Origin: Candidatus Latescibacterota bacterium
GTDB taxonomy: Bacteria; Latescibacterota; UBA2968; GCA-2709665
Length of the DNA stretch: 64,000 nt
Reading direction: 5' to 3'
Assembly (NCBI GenBank): GCA_963667175.2
Contig: CAXXXF010000003.1
Span: forward strand, 352,001 to 416,000
Below, piece after piece: positions 58,823 to 64,000 of this stretch. Within the stretch, counting starts at the first letter, position 1. Every line of letters begins with the position of its first letter. Both the position numbers and the translations under genes were made by a program. The notes below the pieces were generated by a model. The model saw only the letters and a list, made by a program, of their open reading frames with translations. It did no database searches and had not been told where the DNA came from.

Positions 58823-60595
58823 CTATTGAAAGGGTGCCATTTCGGGCATTGTCAACACACCGTTCGAGGGGACGAGACCGAGGCGACGAGCCAGAGAAAC
58901 GATCGGTTCTACCTTACGCATCGTTTGTGCTAATGCGGTAGCAACGGCGGAATCACTGCTGCGGATGACGCCGTGGTCCATGAGGTATTCCCACGGGGAC
59001 TTCGGCCGGGGAAAGACCCTGAGCCTGAGTTCGGTATCGGGTTCCAGCTGCGCCGCTTCACGAACGACCTGCAACGCCTTTCGATAACCACCCAGTTCGT
59101 CCACCAGCCCCAGGGTCCTGGCGTCCTCTCCTGTCCAGATTCGTCCTCTGGCGATGTCGAGCACCCGCTCCTTCGGCAGCGATCGACCCTCCGCGACCTT
59201 GTCGGTGAAATCCTCGTAAACGGTGTCCAGCCACGCCTGAAACAGTGCCCATTCTTCGTCCGAGAAGTCCTTCGTGCCGGTCCACATGGCCGAATGGGAG
59301 CTGGTGTGGACTTCATCCCACGAGATGCCGGTTTTCTCCCACATGCCTGAGGTCAGCATCTTGCCGCCCACGACGCCGATGGAGCCGGTGATCGTTCCCG
59401 GCTGAGCCACGATCCGGTCCGCGGCCATGGCAACGAAGTATCCGCCGGAGCCCGCCACGTCGCCCATGGATACCACGACCGGTTTGCCCGCGTCACGGGC
59501 CCGCACGGTCTCGCGCCAAATCGCGTCGGAGGCGACGTAAGAGCCGCCGGGACTGTCGACGCGAAACAGGATCGCTTCGACCTCCTCGTCGCGAACTGCG
59601 TTTCGAAAGGCCCGGGCGACCGTATCCGATCCCATCGTGGTGGCGCCCGATGCGGGGTCGAAATCGCTCTTGCCACGCGTCACGCCCCCGACGCCGTAGA
59701 TTAATGCGACGGTCTCCGTCCGGTCGTCCGGCTGTTCCATACGCTCAATATACTTGTGCAGCGTCAGGTATTTCGCGCCCTCGTCCACCTGTTCTTTCAC
59801 GCGCTCGTAGACCTCGTCCCGGTACGCCAATCCGTCTACCAGCCCGGCCTCGAGCGCGTCCCTGGAGAAGAACGGACCCTGATCGAACAGGTTGCGTACC
59901 GTCTCGTAGGGCAGGCCGCGCTTGTCCGAGATTCCCCGCACCAGCTGGTCGAACTGCGAGTCCATGACGGTTTTTGTCGCCTCTTTGTGTTCGGGGGTGT
60001 ATTCGCGTTCCGTGTAGAGATTCTTCGCGTTCTTGTACTCTGCCCGGTGGTCCATGCGAGGGACAACGCCAAGTTTTTCCAGCATTCCACGAATGAACGG
60101 GGTCTCTGCGATAAGGCCGGTAAGCCCGACGACGCCCGAGGGTTGGAGATAAATCTCGTCGAAAGCCGTTGCCAGATAATAGGCGCCGTTGCCCGGGCCG
60201 AACTCGCCGAAAGTCTCCGCGTAGGCAACCGCGGGCTTGCCGCTCTCGCCGAAGGCGCGCACCGCGTCTCTTATCTCCTGCAGCCGCGCGAGACCCATAC
60301 CGCTGTTTCCCACTCTTGCCAGAAGCGCCACGACGCGCTCGTCTGACGCGGCGTATTGGAGGCCATCGACCAGATCCCTGACGGTCATTGCATCCGGAAA
60401 CAATATTTCGGCGATCGGATTGCCCGGAATGTACTCCGGGAGATTCCGTTCAAGGTTCACTTCCAGGACCGTGAGTCCGGGTACCGGTTCTTCTTCCTTG
60501 TAGAACAGCGCGATGGCGACTGCCGCGAGTACGATGACGAGCAGTGTGGCCACGCCGCCGATAATGGCGAAGACCTTGATTGCGATCCGCTTCAT
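58823..60595 (-). CDS. sppA: Signal peptide peptidase SppA (67K type)
   Basis: YYLATAFDEIYLQPSG, EYKNA, RVDSPGGS, SMGDVAGSGGY, TITGSIGV, IARGRIWTG. Confidence 0.94.
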   Translation of the reverse strand: MKRIAIKVFAIIGGVATLLVIVLAAVAIALFYKEEEPVPGLTVLEVNLERNLPEYIPGNPIAEILFPDAMTVRDLVDGLQYAASDERVVALLARVGNSGMGLARLQEIRDAVRAFGESGKPAVAYAETFGEFGPGNGAYYLATAFDEIYLQPSGVVGLTGLIAETPFIRGMLEKLGVVPRMDHRAEYKNAKNLYTEREYTPEHKEATKTVMDSQFDQLVRGISDKRGLPYETVRNLFDQGPFFSRDALEAGLVDGLAYRDEVYERVKEQVDEGAKYLTLHKYIERMEQPDDRTETVALIYGVGGVTRGKSDFDPASGATTMGSDTVARAFRNAVRDEEVEAILFRVDSPGGSYVASDAIWRETVRARDAGKPVVVSMGDVAGSGGYFVAMAADRIVAQPGTITGSIGVVGGKMLTSGMWEKTGISWDEVHTSSHSAMWTGTKDFSDEEWALFQAWLDTVYEDFTDKVAEGRSLPKERVLDIARGRIWTGEDARTLGLVDELGGYRKALQVVREAAQLEPDTELRLRVFPRPKSPWEYLMDHGVIRSSDSAVATALAQTMRKVEPIVSLARRLGLVPSNGVLTMPEMAPFQ

Positions 60596-60634
60596 GGCAG
60601 ACCTCCGTCGGAATAGATTCTTTGGCCTTCAGGT

Positions 60635-60895
60635 TCAGGCGCCCTGTCGTCGTTCGATTTCCCAGCCGGGAAAGACCAGGACGGCCGGATGGCACATTAA
60701 CGCTCGCGCCAGCACCTTGGAGCGCTCGACGCCAAGTCGTATGCGCCCATTCTCAATGGCCGATATTGTGGGCTGGGGAATTCCGGTGCGTCGGGCGAGT
60801 TCATTCTGGCTGAGTTTCTGAAGTTCGCGGACCGTGCGGACAGATTCTCCGACGGACACAGCCACGCGCTTCGGCGCATTTCGATGTTTTCCCAT
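60635..60895 (-). CDS. XRE-HTH antitoxin (HigA-like)
   Basis: VSVGESVRTVRELQKLSQNELARRTGIPQPTISAIENGR..LGVER..HPAVLVFPGW. Confidence 0.85.
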   Translation of the reverse strand: MGKHRNAPKRVAVSVGESVRTVRELQKLSQNELARRTGIPQPTISAIENGRIRLGVERSKVLARALMCHPAVLVFPGWEIERRQGA

Positions 60896-60912
60896 TTTAC
60901 TCCCTCCGGCGA

Positions 60913-61173
60913 TCACCTGACAAGTATTGCCCTCACGCGGATCTCCCGCTTCCTGACTCTATAGACGACGCGACACCCGGCGCTGAACCGTGACTGACGC
61001 CGACCCTTTTTCTTTCCCGGCAGGGACTCGTCAACGAAACCTTCGATGTGCCTGACGCCTTCCGGACCGGAAAGGGATACGATATCCTTCCATGTCTCGT
61101 ATCGAATGAGGGCTCTCCGCGGGAGGGTGTCGATCTGCCTGCCAACCCTGCGATGTTCGACGATGATCCACAT
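60913..61173 (-). CDS. HigB/RelE-like toxin, probably degenerate
   Basis: MW...EHRRV..RYETWKDIV.LSGP.G.R.I.GF.DE.L.G...G.R.SR....RVVY; C-terminus appears frameshifted. Confidence 0.7.
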   Translation of the reverse strand: MWIIVEHRRVGRQIDTLPRRALIRYETWKDIVSLSGPEGVRHIEGFVDESLPGKKKGRRQSRFSAGCRVVYRVRKREIRVRAILVR

Positions 61174-61702
61174 ATTAAATAATATATAGTCTAAAAATAA
61201 TATGACAATGAAATTCGAACAGGTGCACTGTCGCGGAAAGTAATCGCCGGAACTCGGCAGACTAAACGCAGCAATGACAAAAGACAGCTCACTCAGAGAC
61301 ACGAAGACACAGAGGGTAAGACAGCGACCAACACGACCTTTTCAGTCCTTTTCGGAAGCTTTCTCCACAGTGCCGGCTTGATGGGTTTTTCGATTGAAGG
61401 CAAATTGCCGCAAGAGGCACAAAACCGGCTGTCCTGTAACAGGGCGTATCGCCGAGAGACAAGGAAATATCCGCAGGGCCACATTGCTACGGCACACACC
61501 GTTTCGCAGCCATGCCCTTTTGTGCTTTTTGTGGCCTGTTTGACGGTTGTCTATTTTCGAATTGAGGTTAGATTCCTGCCATTGGAGATCATCCCCCTGG
61601 CGGCTTCTTCTTTGTCCCTTTTCGGTTGACAAGAGCCGATGGTACCGTGCATGTTTATTGTTGTTAAGTCAGAACAGTACGGCATTCGACGCTGAGGTCA
61701 AT

Positions 61703-62674
61703 ATGGGCGACGTTCTCAAGGTGGAGAATCTGGAGGCCAAGCCGGGACAGCGGAAGGACGGCTTTCTAACGGTGGGAGAAATGCAGGATAACTCGCCCGT
61801 GCGCCTTCCGGTTGTATTGCTAAACGGCGCGGAGCCGGGTCGCACGCTGTACCTGCAGGCGACCAGCGACGGCGACGAACTGAACGGTATCGCGGTGATC
61901 AGGCGGGTTCTGAAGCGGCTGGATCCGGCCGCCCTCAAGGGCAGGGTGATTGCAACCCTGATCGTGAACTTTCATGCTTTTCACGCCGGCGAGTCCCTGA
62001 ATCCCGTGGACGGAAAGAAGATGAACCGGTGTTTTCCGGGCCGCAAGGAGGGCACGTCGAGCGAGCGGGTGGCGTATCGACTGTTCCATTGCGCGGTGAA
62101 ACAGTCGGACCTCTGTATCGATCTCCATCAGGGCGGCGTCCGGCCCATGATTGACGAGGTCCGGGTGCGGGTGGACCGGCGAAAACGCATCCACAGGGCT
62201 TGTTTGGAAATGGCAAGGGTATTTGACATCGGCTACATTCTGGACTGCCGGGGTCCCGACGGGCAGTTGGCGCGCGCCGCGCCCGACGAAGGGATTCCCA
62301 CCATCGATCCGGAACTGGGAGGATGCCACGGATGGGATGAAGGCAGCATCCGGAAGGGCGTGGCGGGCGTGGAGAATATCCTGAAGCACTACGGGTTCAT
62401 GGAGGGCCAGGCGCAGACGCCCCGTCGACAGACCGTGGTGGACGGCTTCCTGTCGCTCCTCGCCGCCCGGGGAGGATTCCTGGAGTATCGGGCCGCGCTG
62501 TACGACCATCTGCAGAAGGGAGACCCGGTAGCCGACGTAACGGATCCGTTCGGCAAAGTACTCGAGACGATTTACGCCCCCCAGGAGTCCGTTTTCTGGG
62601 CGCGGTCATTGCGGCCGATGGCAGCTACCGGAGAACCGGTGGCTATGCTTGGAAAGAATGTGCGATACGTGTAA
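61703..62674 (+). CDS. Succinylglutamate desuccinylase/aspartoacylase-family (M14-like) protein
   Basis: DGDELNG, MNRCFPG, IDLHQG, PELGG, C-terminal barrel-sandwich hybrid segment. Confidence 0.88.
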   Translation: MGDVLKVENLEAKPGQRKDGFLTVGEMQDNSPVRLPVVLLNGAEPGRTLYLQATSDGDELNGIAVIRRVLKRLDPAALKGRVIATLIVNFHAFHAGESLNPVDGKKMNRCFPGRKEGTSSERVAYRLFHCAVKQSDLCIDLHQGGVRPMIDEVRVRVDRRKRIHRACLEMARVFDIGYILDCRGPDGQLARAAPDEGIPTIDPELGGCHGWDEGSIRKGVAGVENILKHYGFMEGQAQTPRRQTVVDGFLSLLAARGGFLEYRAALYDHLQKGDPVADVTDPFGKVLETIYAPQESVFWARSLRPMAATGEPVAMLGKNVRYV

Positions 62675-62690
62675 ACTGCCGCCGCGGGAG

Positions 62691-62954
62691 TCAGTCCTGC
62701 GCGGGTCTGACTTCGTCGATGCGTTCGCGCACAAGGGGCCGGATGTAAACGTCGTCCAGGGAAAGCCGGGCGAATTCCCGGGCGAAGATTTCAACGTGGG
62801 TCCTGACGTCCGGACCGCGGTTCAGAATGAAGCGGCGTTTCCCGCGTACCACGCACAGGCCGCCTTTGCCACCCTGGAGATTCCCATAGGTGACGGGGAT
62901 GTCCAGACGTTCGGCGAGGGCTTCGAATTCCTGCAGTAACTGAGTATCGGTCAT
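62691..62954 (-). CDS. Small conserved hypothetical protein
   Basis: LLQEFEALAERLDI.V...GGLCVVRG..FILN..IFAREFAR..LDDVYIRP.VRE. Confidence 0.7.
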   Translation of the reverse strand: MTDTQLLQEFEALAERLDIPVTYGNLQGGKGGLCVVRGKRRFILNRGPDVRTHVEIFAREFARLSLDDVYIRPLVRERIDEVRPAQD

Positions 62955-63371
62955 ATCGCGGGTTGTGGTTGCAAGGCTTGCGACAGCCGGGCGGGGCAGG
63001 CGATCGGGAATGCAGCGTTATCCACTGCAATATAACCCACCCGGCAACACCCTCCAATGGCGAAGCGTAAGCGCGTGAAAGCCACCCCGGACGGCAGCGC
63101 GGTTACGTCTTGCATTTTTCCGACGCCAAACAATCCAAGACGCGTGTGGCGCGCATCCAGAGGTGCTGGCATAGAATCCTCGACGGGAAGGGATTCCACG
63201 GCAGGTATGCCGGACCTAATCGGAATATATCCGGGTTGATTCCTCGACAAAACTTGACAACTCCTCCCGGTTCTTCTACGTTATCGGAGGACATGCCTGG
63301 CGAGGCTTCGCTTTGCTCAGCCGCAACGAAATCGGTGCGAGTAAATGCGCGCGTCCTTTAAACGGCTTAAT

Positions 63372-63457
63372 CACTCCCCCCTTGAGGGGGAGTCGCAGAA
63401 GCCGAGCCGATCCCTGAGCTTGTCGAAGGGCCGGCGGCGGCTGATGCGGTGGGGGGA
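63372..63457. repeat. REP-like palindromic element with a nested second palindrome
   Basis: ACTCCCCCCTTGAGGGGGAGT...GCTGATGCGGTGGGGGG enclosing CCCTGAGCTTGTCGAAGGG. Confidence 0.6.
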
Positions 63458-63467
63458 TCGCGAAGAA

Positions 63468-63773
63468 TTGAAGACTGAACGCATCGCAGCCAAAGCCGCG
63501 GACATTGTCGTAACAGACGATAGTTTGACCGTTGATTTCGTCGACGGGCGGAGTATATCGGTACCATTGGCGTGGTTTCCACGGTTGGTTCACGGCACTC
63601 CGAAAGAGCGGGATAATTGGAGAATTATCGGAAACGGAGAAGGTTTTCATTGGCCCGACCTGGACGAGGACCTTGGTGTGGAAGGTCTGCTTCTGGGCAG
63701 GCCTTCCGGTGAAAGCCAGCGATCTTTTCAACGATGGCTGGTCGAACGTGCGAAACGCCTTGAACGATCTTGA
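63468..63773 (+). CDS. DUF2442-family protein (antitoxin-like), orphan
   Basis: LTVDFVDGRSISVPLAWFPRL..GT..ER.NW....GFHWPDLDEDL.VEGLL. Confidence 0.88.
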   Translation: MKTERIAAKAADIVVTDDSLTVDFVDGRSISVPLAWFPRLVHGTPKERDNWRIIGNGEGFHWPDLDEDLGVEGLLLGRPSGESQRSFQRWLVERAKRLERS

Positions 63774-64000
63774 CTTATCAAGTGGCGATTTCCCTCTGAA
63801 TGAAACCACCCGGCGGCAACGTCATAATCCGTTGTTCTACGTTCATTCGGCCTCTCAGTGATGCAATACGGTTCTTCGCGATTGCTGCCGAAACAGTTAC
63901 TGCATAAGACATCACATTGATCTTACCCTTGATTGTTTACCTCAGAAAAACCTCGCAACGTTTCAGTCCTCCCGAATGAAAAACCCGAGCCTTCCTCGCT

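Overview
GC-rich bacterial chromosomal segment. The gene content (DUF6785 membrane protein, heparinase II/III, many TIM-barrel epimerases, a T9SS/FlgD-like domain, TPR and beta-propeller proteins) suggests an FCB-related uncultured lineage such as Latescibacterota or Gemmatimonadota; this is inference only. The backbone carries housekeeping genes (icd, ilvC, glyA, pyrB, sppA, cutA, csp) and several catabolic clusters. Lower-GC accessory islets interrupt it: (i) ~1.1-8.5 kb with an ECF sigma-TM-Ig fusion, TPR-TlpA, DUF2188+ClpP-like pair, an IS3 element and a beta-propeller, bracketed by diverged scars of the flanking genes; (ii) ~18.5-22.7 kb with a RelE-type TA pair, IS256, a lipoprotein and a HEPN-like protein; (iii) ~38.3-40.1 kb with an RHH-GNAT-XRE trio; (iv) ~60.6-61.2 kb with a decaying HigBA-like pair. 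The most notable observations are a pyrL-type leader-peptide attenuator upstream of pyrB, a membrane-anchored ECF sigma factor with a T9SS/FlgD-like C-terminal domain, a solute-binding protein fused to an intact Cu/Zn SOD, a tandem two-allele variable locus, a modular intergenic repeat family and a MITE with a target-site duplication. No rRNA, tRNA or CRISPR array was recognised. All family assignments come from motif recognition by eye, not database searches.
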